A stretch of 64,000 nt of DNA from positions 1 to 64,000 of the forward strand of contig JBBQXJ010000010.1 in assembly GCA_038209745.1 (NCBI GenBank). The letters are read 5' to 3'. The stretch comes from Verrucomicrobiota bacterium. GTDB taxonomy: Bacteria > Verrucomicrobiota > Verrucomicrobiia > Limisphaerales > CANJSG01. Within the stretch, counting starts at the first letter, position 1; every line of letters begins with the position of its first letter. Made by a program: the position numbers and the translations under genes. Below, one piece after another: positions 27,801 through 36,660 of this stretch. A model generated the notes under the pieces. That model ran no database searches and had not been told where the DNA came from. It was given only the letters and a program-made list of their open reading frames with translations.

Positions 27801-29311
27801 AGCCGCGTCAGCTTCGCGCCGTCGAAGAAGGCCGGATGTTCCGCCAGCAGCCGGTTCAGCCCGGCCAGATCGGCCACGATGTTCGCCGACGCGCCCCAGC
27901 GCATGCCGCGGCTCTGGTGCACCTCGACCTTTTCGTCGGCCAACCATTCCACGCCGCACGTGAAGCCGTAGGCGCCGCCGATGCTGGTCAACGCGCTCAT
28001 CCGATTGCGCAGCAGCGACCACGCCCGGCCCTTGGCCGCGAGGCGGAGGTTGTCGTGCGTCTCGCTGTAGTGGACGAGCGTGCCGACGCGCGCGCTCTGC
28101 TTCATGGCGTGGTCGAGGTAGCCACCCACCTGCGAGCCGTTGAGCTCCTGGAAGAGTTCGCTGTAGGCCCATTGCATCCCGCCTTCGGTCAGCAAAGCCT
28201 CGGTCAACACCCAGGCGCCGCCCAAGCCCTCCAGCAGGAAGACCGTGTTCGGGAATTCCTCGCGCACCCGGGCCACGATGTATTGCCAGACGGGCATCGG
28301 GACCTTGTAGCCGGCGTCGCAGCGGAAGCCGTCCACGCCGCGCCGGCACCAGACGAGGAACGCCTCCGCCAGATGCTCCCAGAGCCCGATGTGGTGCGGT
28401 TCCAGCTCGACCAGATCGCCCCACTTCACGCCCCACGCGCCGGGGCTGGCGAACTCGCCGTCCTTCTCCCGCAGGAACCACTCGGGATGTTCGTTCCACA
28501 GCGTCGAGCCCCAGCCCGTGTGGTTGATGACGATGTCGACGTAGAGCCGCCCGCCCAGCCGATGCGTCTCGTCCGCCAGTTCGCAGAATTGATCCACCGC
28601 GTTCGTCCGCAGGTCGAACTCCACCAGCGCGGGGTCGATCGCCGTCATGTCCTGCGCGGCATAGGGACTGCCGAAGCGGCCCATCTTCGCAAAGACCGTC
28701 GGCGTCGGGTTCACCGGCAGGAGATGCAGGATGCGGCTGCCCAGCGTGCCGAGGATGTGCGGCAGTTCGCCCTTCAGATCCCGCAGCGTGCCCGACCTGG
28801 GAATCACGGAATAACCATCCTCCTCCATTTTCCGCAGCGTCGCCTCCAGCACGTCGTCGCGCGTGTGGTCCGCCGCTTTCGTCGCCCCGAACATCCGGGT
28901 GAAGGCGCAGTAGATCGTGCTCGCCGTCCGGGAATGGTCCGGGTGCACCGACAGGCCGAAGTCGTCCCCGTCCGGCCAATGCTGCCAGCCCTTTTCATCC
29001 ACGAAGAACGCCTTGTTCCGGAAGAAACCGACCTCGCCCAGCGGCAACGACACCTCGAACAGCTCTCGATCGCCCAAAGCGGACGGGGCCATCGCCACGT
29101 CGCGCCAGAAAGAGACGGACAACGGCCTCTTCCCAGCATAGGACGCGATGATCTCGCGCCGCAGCGTGGCCGCCTTGCCGAGATTCGTTCGGACAAACGC
29201 CTTCCCGCCCTCCGGCAACCCGCCCGGAATCCGCAGCTGGAAGACGATCCGGTCACCCACGAATCGGACAAGCCGTTCGCCCGTTGCTGGAAACATTTCG
29301 AGTCGAGCCAT
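24848..29311 (-). CDS. bifunctional-type glycogen debranching enzyme (GH13 alpha-amylase-like domain + GH133 amylo-alpha-1,6-glucosidase)
   Basis: GH13 motifs GSPYA, DIVINHT, DGFRCDAG, LLEGLG and ETHDN. GH133 motifs IAGYPWFLDWGRDTLI, DAPLW, TWMD, VEI, YHNG and GCDAQAWS. Confidence 0.9.
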   Translation of the reverse strand: MARLEMFPATGERLVRFVGDRIVFQLRIPGGLPEGGKAFVRTNLGKAATLRREIIASYAGKRPLSVSFWRDVAMAPSALGDRELFEVSLPLGEVGFFRNKAFFVDEKGWQHWPDGDDFGLSVHPDHSRTASTIYCAFTRMFGATKAADHTRDDVLEATLRKMEEDGYSVIPRSGTLRDLKGELPHILGTLGSRILHLLPVNPTPTVFAKMGRFGSPYAAQDMTAIDPALVEFDLRTNAVDQFCELADETHRLGGRLYVDIVINHTGWGSTLWNEHPEWFLREKDGEFASPGAWGVKWGDLVELEPHHIGLWEHLAEAFLVWCRRGVDGFRCDAGYKVPMPVWQYIVARVREEFPNTVFLLEGLGGAWVLTEALLTEGGMQWAYSELFQELNGSQVGGYLDHAMKQSARVGTLVHYSETHDNLRLAAKGRAWSLLRNRMSALTSIGGAYGFTCGVEWLADEKVEVHQSRGMRWGASANIVADLAGLNRLLAEHPAFFDGAKLTRLSPPGAPVYALRRDSADGQDSVLVLINTDPAAEYGLELTAETLAFLGKSPVNLLDDDAGAHPSRIPSGEESVFHQTVTNSGKVLLNLRPAGTVCLAGSATIMGLSGDAYRGVRARAALAAESLAAVLMPEALPCWDAAEIAEAVDDDAVGFFAAVSQLISSGSGPDTAAGAIGSSLRSWLDRSASLFPSVVLWTPADVRRVTPVPPGHWVVLKDSRPFRATLQIPAVSHLPRPHLDLCPTLHLESVPVRDGHIAVVPPSFHAGATRGGAMEAPASVSLVRFGDPVSRLKADWILLADRPGFSGEFDVTSPASEQATVLLTNGRGGMARMAVDLGRVFSKYDCLLGANLDAELPVDRHVFAKRVRAWINTDGFITALDLQNLASFKPGPPAVWTFRAHAGDERTVDVQLTADMIEGQNTVVLRFNRRPGCRAISVRLTLRVDVEDRSFHSQTEHNEGAEHHFRSHIQPFKDRPGFAFTPAADRFFRVYADGGTFFPGEEWSACKHPVEETRGQVGHGDAYSPGWFDLPLAAEGSAMLVLTAEAADPSPETCHQASTMREAEDRVAVERAGVESHDGLGRQLAIASRAFVVRRGVGKSVIAGYPWFLDWGRDTLIAARGLLAGGGLQTVTEILITFGRFVENGTLPNTIHGDNASNRDTSDAPLWYGVVAEETADFIRKTSGDAEVARFYAEHVDEQGRTITEVLREIASGYLRGTPNGIRVDPASALVWSPSHFTWMDTNFPAGTPRAGYPVEIEALWIRLLKQLDRLDAAPANEPWGILAERARLKVDELFWVADKGWFGDCLIGPPGKPAAECVVDQVLRSNMLFLVGLGLVTGPKARTSVEAARQWLVVPGSLRSLAPLPATPPHAVYGNDGRLLNDPANPYWDRYEGDEDTRRKPAYHNGTTWGWTLPVFCEALALAYGESPEAVAAARAYLGGVARLLNEGCLGQLPEIMDGDAPHALRGCDAQAWSVTEALRVWKKLAK

Positions 29312-29705
29312 AGGAAGTGTGCCCGGAGTCTAGGGAGGCAAGGGCCGATGGCGAAGGCGGATTCGGAGAAAGTGCGGCGCACAATGACTGGCCACGTTTC
29401 CGGGCGTCATCGACCCGGATTCGTCTTGCGGCCGTTCGCCCAATCCTCAAGTGCCGCCAAAAGAACGACCGGACGCCTCGACCCAATGTCACACCGGCAA
29501 AGAGTCGCGACCCTTTGTCTGGGACCGTAGAGGTCCGCCGGCCCCTCGGCCCAAAGCCAGGAAACATGGATCGAGCGGAAAACAACTTCGTCCGAGGAGC
29601 GGAGTTCGCCGGTCCGGGAGCGTAGGTCGGACTGACGTCGTCCTCTGAAACCCGAATTGCATTCCGCTTCCGGAACGCCGTCGCGACTGCTAATTCCTCC
29701 GTCCC

Positions 29706-30860
29706 ATGACCGTTGCTGAAATCCTGTCGAACGAAGAGCTGCGCCAACACGAATTTCCCGTCACCCGCGAGGGCGCCTTTCTGGCCCATGCCGGGGTCGC
29801 TCCCCTGCCCCGCCGGGTCGCGGAGGCCGTGACCCGCTACGCCACCGCCTGCACGCTCGGTGACCAGGAGGACATGATGCCCTCCGGTCTGATCCAGAAG
29901 ACCCGCCTGCTCGCCGCCGATCTCATCGGTGCGCGGCCCGACGAGATCAGCCTCGTCGGCCCCACTTCGCTCGGACTGAGCTTCGTCGCCGCCGGCCTCG
30001 ATTTCCGCAAGACCGACAACGTCCTCGTCTACCACGACGACTATCCCTCGAACGTCTATCCGTGGATGGCGCTGGCGGCGCGCGGCGTGCAGGTGCGGTT
30101 CCTCAAGGTGAAGGAACTCGGGCAGATCCGCCCGATCGACGTGGCGTCGCACATCGATGAAAACACCCGCCTCGTCGCCCTGGCCTCCTGCCATTTCGTC
30201 TCGGGCTGGCGACCCGCCATCGCCGACATCGGACGCGTGCTGCGGGCCCGGAAAATCTTCTTCTGCGTGGACGGCATCCAGACGCTCGGAGCCTTTCCGA
30301 CCCCGGCGGAGAACGTCGATTTCATCGCGGCCGACGCGCACAAGTGGCTGCTGGGTCCGCTCGCGGCGGGCATCCTCTATGTGCGGAAGGAAGTGCAGGA
30401 GAAGCTGAAGCCCGTCGTCCACGGCTGGGCCAACGTGAGCTGCCCCGACTATGTGGCCCAGGCGCACCTCCAGTTCCAGAGCGGCGGTCGCCGCTACGAA
30501 GCCGGCTCCGCCAACGTCCTCGGCATCGCCGGCCTGCATGCTTCGCTGGAGCTGTTGACCGAGCTGGGCACCGGGGCGATCACGGCCGAACTGCTGCGCA
30601 AACGCGCCCTTCTCGTTCCCGCGCTCCAGGCCAAGGGCTTCAACGTGCTCTGCGCGGATGCGCCCGCCGAGAACGCCTCGGGCATCGTCAGCTTCTGGAA
30701 GGAAGGCACGGATCTGCCCGCGCTCTGGGCCAGGCTGAACGAGGCGAAGATCATCGTCTCCCTGCGCAAGGACCGCACCGGCCGCCACTACCTCCGCGTC
30801 TCGCCCCACTTCTACAATACGGACGCCGAGCTGCACCGGATGTTGGAGCAGTTGAACTGA
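29706..30860 (+). CDS. class V PLP-dependent aminotransferase (SufS/isopenicillin N epimerase-like fold)
   Basis: FLAHAGVAP, VDGIQTLG, ADAHKWLLGP (PLP lysine), RYEAGS and LRVSPHFYNT motifs. Confidence 0.9.
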   Translation: MTVAEILSNEELRQHEFPVTREGAFLAHAGVAPLPRRVAEAVTRYATACTLGDQEDMMPSGLIQKTRLLAADLIGARPDEISLVGPTSLGLSFVAAGLDFRKTDNVLVYHDDYPSNVYPWMALAARGVQVRFLKVKELGQIRPIDVASHIDENTRLVALASCHFVSGWRPAIADIGRVLRARKIFFCVDGIQTLGAFPTPAENVDFIAADAHKWLLGPLAAGILYVRKEVQEKLKPVVHGWANVSCPDYVAQAHLQFQSGGRRYEAGSANVLGIAGLHASLELLTELGTGAITAELLRKRALLVPALQAKGFNVLCADAPAENASGIVSFWKEGTDLPALWARLNEAKIIVSLRKDRTGRHYLRVSPHFYNTDAELHRMLEQLN

Positions 30861-31034
30861 GCGCCGCAGCTCGCGTCGGCGGCCGGGGGAAAAAAGGACG
30901 CGTGCCGAAAGACGCGCCCCCTGTGTCCCGACTCGCACGAAACCCGGGAACTTTTTCGGACACCGCTGAATCGATCGCCCGCCGAACGGTCCGCACCTTG
31001 TCTTGGAGAATGTCTCCCGCTAATATTTCCGAAA

Positions 31035-31715
31035 GTGGACACCAGTAATTTCCAACTGCGCAGAGCGACATCCGACGACCTTCCAGCTCTCGTAGCGGTC
31101 TGGCGCGAGGTGGGCTTGGCGCCCGCGGATCTGGAACCCTCGTTCACCGAGTTCCAGCTCGTTGTCGGACCGGAAGGCGAGCTGGCCGCAGCCATCGCCC
31201 TGAAGATCCACCAGGGCAACGGCCTGCTGCACAGCGAATGCCTGCCCGACTTCTCCCTCGCCGAGCGGCTCCGCCCGTTGCTCTGGCAAAGGATCCTCCA
31301 GGTAGCGACCAACCATGGCTTGAACCGGATCTGGACCCAGGAATCCGCCCCGTTCTGGAAGCAGTTGGAATTCGTCCAGCCCGACGGGGGGCAGATCGCA
31401 GCGCTGCCGGACGCTTTTCGCATCAAGGCAGGGGCTTGGCAGGTGCTTCCGCTGAAGAGCGAGGAGGACCTCAAGCGGGTCGACCGCGAGTTCGAGGTGT
31501 TTCTCCAACAGGGCAGGGCCAAAGCCGAAGAGATGAAGTCCCAGGGACGGCTCCTTTACTGGATCGCCATCCTGATCGCCCTGTCGCTCTTCGTCTTCGT
31601 GCTCATCGGCGCTTTCCGCACCATGAGCCGAAACAAGACCCAAGGAAGAGGCCCCGTCCCCGCGTCTCAGGAGCCGGCGGTCGGGGCCAGCGCCAATCGC
31701 TCCAGCGCGGCATAG
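31035..31715 (+). CDS. divergent GNAT-like domain protein with C-terminal TM helix
   Basis: LRRATSDDLPAL N-terminus and FWKQLEF resemble the GNAT fold; hydrophobic LLYWIAILIALSLFVFVLIGAF near the C-terminus. Confidence 0.6.
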   Translation: MDTSNFQLRRATSDDLPALVAVWREVGLAPADLEPSFTEFQLVVGPEGELAAAIALKIHQGNGLLHSECLPDFSLAERLRPLLWQRILQVATNHGLNRIWTQESAPFWKQLEFVQPDGGQIAALPDAFRIKAGAWQVLPLKSEEDLKRVDREFEVFLQQGRAKAEEMKSQGRLLYWIAILIALSLFVFVLIGAFRTMSRNKTQGRGPVPASQEPAVGASANRSSAA

Positions 31716-32335
31716 AGCAGACCCGTATCGGAGAAGTGTTCCACGGCGCCGGCCGTGACGATCCCGAAGCCAAAGCCGTAGGCCGCCCCGTTGGCCACGC
31801 ACGCGTCGGTCGAGCAATCCGCCAATTGTCGCCGCGCCAGCGCCACGACGGAGGGCCGGTCGCCGTCCATTTCATACTTCCAGCCCACCAACCGCGCCGC
31901 TGGATACATCCCGCGCAGGGCGGCGATCAATTTTGGCGTCGGCACCAACTCGGCCAACAAGGTTCCTTCGCGGGTGGAAAGTTTGCCCGACTTGATTTCA
32001 GTCAGCCCGTTTTCAGGAGCACCCGAAAAAACCCGGCCAAATGAGAAGTCGCTGACGGCCGCCGCATGGAACACCGCGTCCACCCCGGTGCCGGCCAAGG
32101 ACCGGAACTGCTCCTTCAGATTGCGCGTGGAGGTGAACCCCCGGACCTCGCAGGCCCGGGTTTCCCCTCCATACGTGGCGGACTCGCCTTTCAACAGGAC
32201 CACGTCGTGGCCCCGGTCGTGGAGGAAGGTCGCGAGCCGGCAGCCCAGTTTACCGGTGGAAAAGTTGGTCAGCCGCCGGACATCGTCCAGCGACTCGAAG
32301 GTGGGCCCGGCAGTGACGACACAACGCAGCGACAT
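31667..32335 (-). CDS. coaB: phosphopantothenate-cysteine ligase, stand-alone CoaB domain
   Basis: VVTAGPTFESLDDVRRLTNFSTGKLG, HAAAVSDF, TPKLI, LVGWKYE and DACVAN motifs; no N-terminal CoaC flavoprotein domain. Confidence 0.8.
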   Translation of the reverse strand: MSLRCVVTAGPTFESLDDVRRLTNFSTGKLGCRLATFLHDRGHDVVLLKGESATYGGETRACEVRGFTSTRNLKEQFRSLAGTGVDAVFHAAAVSDFSFGRVFSGAPENGLTEIKSGKLSTREGTLLAELVPTPKLIAALRGMYPAARLVGWKYEMDGDRPSVVALARRQLADCSTDACVANGAAYGFGFGIVTAGAVEHFSDTGLLYAALERLALAPTAGS

Positions 32336-32535
32336 CGCGCACAGCCTTGGCCGACCCGACTATCGGAGGCAAGCCGGACAGATCGGGTCTCTTCCTTGGA
32401 TCTTAGGATTTCCCCGCGTAACGGACCCGAAAACCCCGCGTCTCTTGCGCGGGCCTGAGATTTTGAATGAACGCTGGGAAAATCCGTCCGAACCAGCTAG
32501 AAGTCCGGCCGAGCACGACCCATCCTTAACGCGCC

Positions 32536-32970
32536 ATGAACACCTTCACCAAAACCTTCCTGTCGGCCGCCATCGCGGCCACCACGTTGACGGCCTTCGC
32601 CGCAGAGCACGCCAAAGAAGAGCACGCCAAGCCCGACCTGACCAAGCTGCCTCCCGCAGCTGCCACGACGGGCCTAACCTTCGAGAAAGACATCAAGGCG
32701 ATGCTCGAAAAGTCCTGCCATAAGTGCCACAGCGGCGATCGGCCCAAGAGCAAGTATTCGATGGAATCGCTGGAGACGATCATCAAGGGCGGCAAGGAAG
32801 GAAAGGGAATCGTCCCCGGCAAGAGCACCGAGAGCCCGGTCCTCCTCTACGCCGCCGAAACAGTCGAGGAAATGGAGATGCCCCCGCTCGACAAGCGTGA
32901 AAAGTTCCCCGCCCTGACCAAGGAACAGCTCGGCACCCTCCGCGCCTGGATCGATCAGGGAGCGAAGTAA
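32536..32970 (+). CDS. secreted monoheme cytochrome c, planctomycete cytochrome C type
   Basis: Signal peptide; FEKDIKAMLEKSCHKCH (CxxCH), IVPGKSTES, EMPP and LRAWIDQGAK motifs. Confidence 0.9.
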   Translation: MNTFTKTFLSAAIAATTLTAFAAEHAKEEHAKPDLTKLPPAAATTGLTFEKDIKAMLEKSCHKCHSGDRPKSKYSMESLETIIKGGKEGKGIVPGKSTESPVLLYAAETVEEMEMPPLDKREKFPALTKEQLGTLRAWIDQGAK

Positions 32971-32985
32971 TGCCCGACCGGCTTC

Positions 32986-33020
32986 AAAAAGGCGACGGCT
33001 TCCGAGCCGTCGCCTTTTTT
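32986..33020 (+). terminator. rho-independent terminator, potentially bidirectional
   Basis: AAAAA-GGCGACGGCT-TCCG-AGCCGTCGCC-TTTTTT, 15 nt after the cytochrome stop. Confidence 0.9.
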
Positions 33021-33055
33021 CATGCCCCGGATGGATCGAGTCCGGCATCCCGCAC

Positions 33056-35743
33056 TTGAGCTTCACCGATTTCCCGCCAACTTGCCTCGCCAGCCAAAAC
33101 GTCGTGAACCCGTTTCCGCCCAATCCATCCGCCGACTCCTCCGCGCCGACCGCTCCATCGTCGGTTCGCCGATTCGCCGCCTGGTGCCTTGCCTGCCTCC
33201 TGTTGGCCGCCGTCTCCGGTCAAGCGGCGTCGCACGACCTTGCGGCGACCCGGAATCTTTTCCTCGCCGGCGAATACCAAAAGGTCATTCCCGCCGCCAA
33301 GGCCGCCATCGCCGAGAACTACCGGCAAGACGAATGGAGCCGCCTGCTCTGCCTGTCCCTGCTCAAGACCGGCCAGTATCCGGAGGCGGTCACCGTCGTT
33401 TCCAACGCGCTCAACACCTACCGCTTCAGCATCCCGCTGCGCAGGGTCGCGCACGACGTCTACCAGTCCGTGGGCCGCACCCAGGACGCGCTTGAAAATC
33501 TCCGCTACGTCAACGAGCTCATCCAGTCCCGCTCCTCCATCAACGGCACTCCGGAGACCCTCGCCACCATCGGCCGCGCGCTGCTGATCCTCGGCGCCGA
33601 TCCCAAGGACGTGCTCGACAAGATCTACCAGCAGGCGGCCAAACAGGACCCGGAAGCCCGAGAACCCCGCCTCGCCATCGGCGAACTCGCCTTGTCGAAG
33701 AAGGACTACGCCCTCGCCGCCAAGACCTTTACCGAAGGCACCAAAAAGTTCCCCACCGACGCCGACTTCTTCTACGGTCTCGCCGCGTCGCAGGAATCCG
33801 ACGATCGGGGCGCCATGTTGGAAGCGCTCGCCCAGGCCCTCGCCCTCAATCCCAACCACGACCGCGCCCGCCTCCTGCTCGCCGACCACGCCATCGCCGC
33901 CGAGGAATACGAAGAAGCCGACAAGCAGCTCGACAAGGCGATCGCCGTAAATCCATGGCAGCCCGAAGCCTGGGCCTACCGCGCCGTCCTCGCCCATCTC
34001 CGCAACCAGCCCGACAAGGAACGCGACGCCCGCCAGTCCGCCCTCCATTGGTGGACCAACAATCCCGCAGTGGACCATCTCATCGGCACCCAGCTTTCGC
34101 AGAAATACCGCTTCGCCGAAGGCGCGGACCACCAGCGGCAGGCACTGGCTTTCGATCCTGGGTTCGTCCCGGCCAAGATCCAGCTCGCCCAGGATCTCCT
34201 CCGCCTCGGCCAAACCACCGCCGGCTGGGAACTGGTCGAAGAGGCCCACAAAGCGGACCAATACGACGTCGAGTCCTTCAACCTCGCGACCTTGAAGGAT
34301 TCGATGACGAAGTTCGCCACCCTGACCAACGAGTTCTTCGTCGTCCGCATGTCGCAGCATGAAGCCGCCGTCTATGGCGACCGCGTCATGTCGCTCCTCG
34401 ACCGCGCCCGCACGAATCTCTGCGCGAAATACGGCCTGGATCTGCAAGGCCCGGTCACCGTCGAAATCTTCCCGGACCAGCGCGACTTCGGCGTCCGCAC
34501 CTTCGGCATGCCGCACAATCCGGGCTTCCTCGGCGTCTGTTTTGGCAAGGTCATCACCGCCAACAGCCCCGCCTCCAGCGGCGGCAATCCATCGAACTGG
34601 GAAGCGGTTCTCTGGCACGAGTTCTGTCACGTCGTCACCCTGACGATCACCAAGAACAAGATGCCGCGCTGGCTGAGCGAGGGCATCTCCGTCTACGAGG
34701 AACTCCAGGCGAATCCGACCTGGGGCCAGCACATGACCCCCGCCTATCGGAAGATGGTTCTCGGCGACAAGTTCACCCCGTTGAGCGAATTGAGCGGCGC
34801 GTTCCTCACCGCCCAGGACGGACAGGCCCTCCAGTTCGCCTACTACGAATCCGCGCTCGCCGTGGAGTTCCTTTCCACCCGCTACGGCACACCGGCGGTG
34901 CGCGAGATCCTCCGAGATCTCGGCACCGGCACCGAGATCAACAAAGCCATCGCCGCCCATACCGCGCCCATGGGAACCGTGGAAAAGGAGTTCGCCGCCT
35001 TCGCCAAAGAACGCGCCGAGAAGCTCGCGCCGGAACTGGAGTTCGACGAACCCAAGGCCGACGTGCCGATGACATCCGAAATGCTGGCCCAGCTTCATCC
35101 GAAGAACTTCTACATCCTCGGGCAACAGGCCCGCGCGTTGCTCCAGGCGGAAAAGTGGAACGACGCCCTCGTGCCGTTGCTGAAGCTTCGGGGCGCCTAT
35201 CCAAGCCAGACGGGGAACGACAGCGCGCTGGCCCTGATGGCGGTCGCCTATCGTGGTCTCGACGAAACGAACAACGAACAGCGCGTCCTCGAACAGCGCG
35301 CCAATATCGACACCACCGCCATCGAAGCCTTCTCGCGCCTGATGACTCTGGCCGCCGAGCGCCAGGACTGGCCCGAGGTCCGCCTCAACGCCCAGCGCTA
35401 TATCGCGGTCAACCCCCTGGCACCCGAAGCCCGCAGGCGACTCGGCGAGGCGTTGGACGCCCTCGACCAACCGGCGGCCGCCGCTGCGGAATGGATGGCG
35501 TATCTCGCCTTGAAGCCCGCCGACCTGTCCGAAGCGAAGTATCGCGTCGCCCGGTCGCTCCATCGGGCCGGTGCCTCCCAAAGGGCCAAGGTTTTCGCCC
35601 TCGCCGCGATCGAGGAGACTCCGCGTTATCGGGATGCGTTGACGCTGTTGGAGGAGATCTTCCGGGTCGCGCCACCAGGAACTCCGATCCTGATTGAAAA
35701 ACCGGAAACGGACGTCGTCCCTCGAAAGGCATTCGTTTTCTAA
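33056..35743 (+). CDS. exported TPR protein with gluzincin-like (peptidase MA) domain
   Basis: Signal-like WCLACLLLAAVSGQA, multiple TPRs, and VLWHEFCHVVT...MPRWLSEGISVYEE (HExxH plus downstream Glu) followed by AYYES. The true start is probably downstream of 33056. Confidence 0.85.
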   Translation: MSFTDFPPTCLASQNVVNPFPPNPSADSSAPTAPSSVRRFAAWCLACLLLAAVSGQAASHDLAATRNLFLAGEYQKVIPAAKAAIAENYRQDEWSRLLCLSLLKTGQYPEAVTVVSNALNTYRFSIPLRRVAHDVYQSVGRTQDALENLRYVNELIQSRSSINGTPETLATIGRALLILGADPKDVLDKIYQQAAKQDPEAREPRLAIGELALSKKDYALAAKTFTEGTKKFPTDADFFYGLAASQESDDRGAMLEALAQALALNPNHDRARLLLADHAIAAEEYEEADKQLDKAIAVNPWQPEAWAYRAVLAHLRNQPDKERDARQSALHWWTNNPAVDHLIGTQLSQKYRFAEGADHQRQALAFDPGFVPAKIQLAQDLLRLGQTTAGWELVEEAHKADQYDVESFNLATLKDSMTKFATLTNEFFVVRMSQHEAAVYGDRVMSLLDRARTNLCAKYGLDLQGPVTVEIFPDQRDFGVRTFGMPHNPGFLGVCFGKVITANSPASSGGNPSNWEAVLWHEFCHVVTLTITKNKMPRWLSEGISVYEELQANPTWGQHMTPAYRKMVLGDKFTPLSELSGAFLTAQDGQALQFAYYESALAVEFLSTRYGTPAVREILRDLGTGTEINKAIAAHTAPMGTVEKEFAAFAKERAEKLAPELEFDEPKADVPMTSEMLAQLHPKNFYILGQQARALLQAEKWNDALVPLLKLRGAYPSQTGNDSALALMAVAYRGLDETNNEQRVLEQRANIDTTAIEAFSRLMTLAAERQDWPEVRLNAQRYIAVNPLAPEARRRLGEALDALDQPAAAAAEWMAYLALKPADLSEAKYRVARSLHRAGASQRAKVFALAAIEETPRYRDALTLLEEIFRVAPPGTPILIEKPETDVVPRKAFVF

Positions 35744-35754
35744 ACCCATTTGCC

Positions 35755-36624
35755 ATGAAACGCCGCCTCGCCCGCTTCGCCCTCTTCGCCGCCATCCTCG
35801 GCAGCGCTTGGTTGGCGGTTGCCCAATGGGGCGGCCCGCGCCGCGGCGGCGGCCTTCGATCCTTTCCCCAAGACTCGGGACGTCCCCCGCAATGGGAGAA
35901 TCCCCAGGCCTTCAAGCGCGACGTCTTCACCTTTGCGCGCATCGAATACGACCACGGGGGCTACGGAGGACGCGGTGGCTGGGACACGGACTACGAAGGC
36001 TACGGTCAAGCCGAGCTGAACCTCGGGTTCCGCCTCCAGCAGATGACTTCGCTCAAGGTCGACGACCGCACCATGGGCAAGACGCTCCGTCTGACCGATA
36101 GGGAACTCGGCGACTATCCTTTCATCTACATCGTCGAGGCCGGCGCGCTCTATCTGGGCGACGACGAGGCCGCCGCGCTGCGCAAGCATCTGCTCAACGG
36201 CGGCTTCCTCATGATCGACGACTTCTGGGGGGAACCCGATTGGCGCAACATGGCGGATGAAGTGAAAAAAGCTTTCCCGGACAAGGAATGGATCGATCTC
36301 CCGGCGGACCACCCGATCTTCAACGGCATCTTCAAACTGGATAAGACCAAGATCCAGACCCCCAACATCGGCCTCGGCATGCAGAGTCTGGATCCCGGCA
36401 GCGGCTATTTCGGCGTCACGTGGGAACGCGAGGATGCGCGCGAGGTCCACTTCCGCGCCCTCTTCGACGACAAGGGCCGGATCATGGCGCTGGCCTGCCA
36501 CAACACCGACAACGGCGACGGCTGGGAACAGGAGGGCGCGGCCATCGAGTTCTTCCGCGAGTTCTCCGAGAAGAAGAACTACCCGCTCATGATCAACATC
36601 CTCTTCTACACGATGACCCACTGA
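35755..36624 (+). CDS. DUF4159 domain protein, exported
   Basis: Signal peptide; FTFARIEY, W.TDY, YPFIYIVEAG, LRKHLLNGGFLMIDDFWG, DHPIF and HNTDNGDGWE motifs; ends YTMTH. Confidence 0.85.
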   Translation: MKRRLARFALFAAILGSAWLAVAQWGGPRRGGGLRSFPQDSGRPPQWENPQAFKRDVFTFARIEYDHGGYGGRGGWDTDYEGYGQAELNLGFRLQQMTSLKVDDRTMGKTLRLTDRELGDYPFIYIVEAGALYLGDDEAAALRKHLLNGGFLMIDDFWGEPDWRNMADEVKKAFPDKEWIDLPADHPIFNGIFKLDKTKIQTPNIGLGMQSLDPGSGYFGVTWEREDAREVHFRALFDDKGRIMALACHNTDNGDGWEQEGAAIEFFREFSEKKNYPLMINILFYTMTH

Positions 36625-36660
36625 CCGGGGCCGTCCCACCCCCCCCGCCCCTACACCACT

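Noticed and set aside
29706..30860. Calling the class V enzyme a cysteine desulfurase (sufS/iscS)
   Set aside because: The C-terminal catalytic Cys motif (RxGHHCA or SSGSAC) is absent and there are no suf/isc neighbours.
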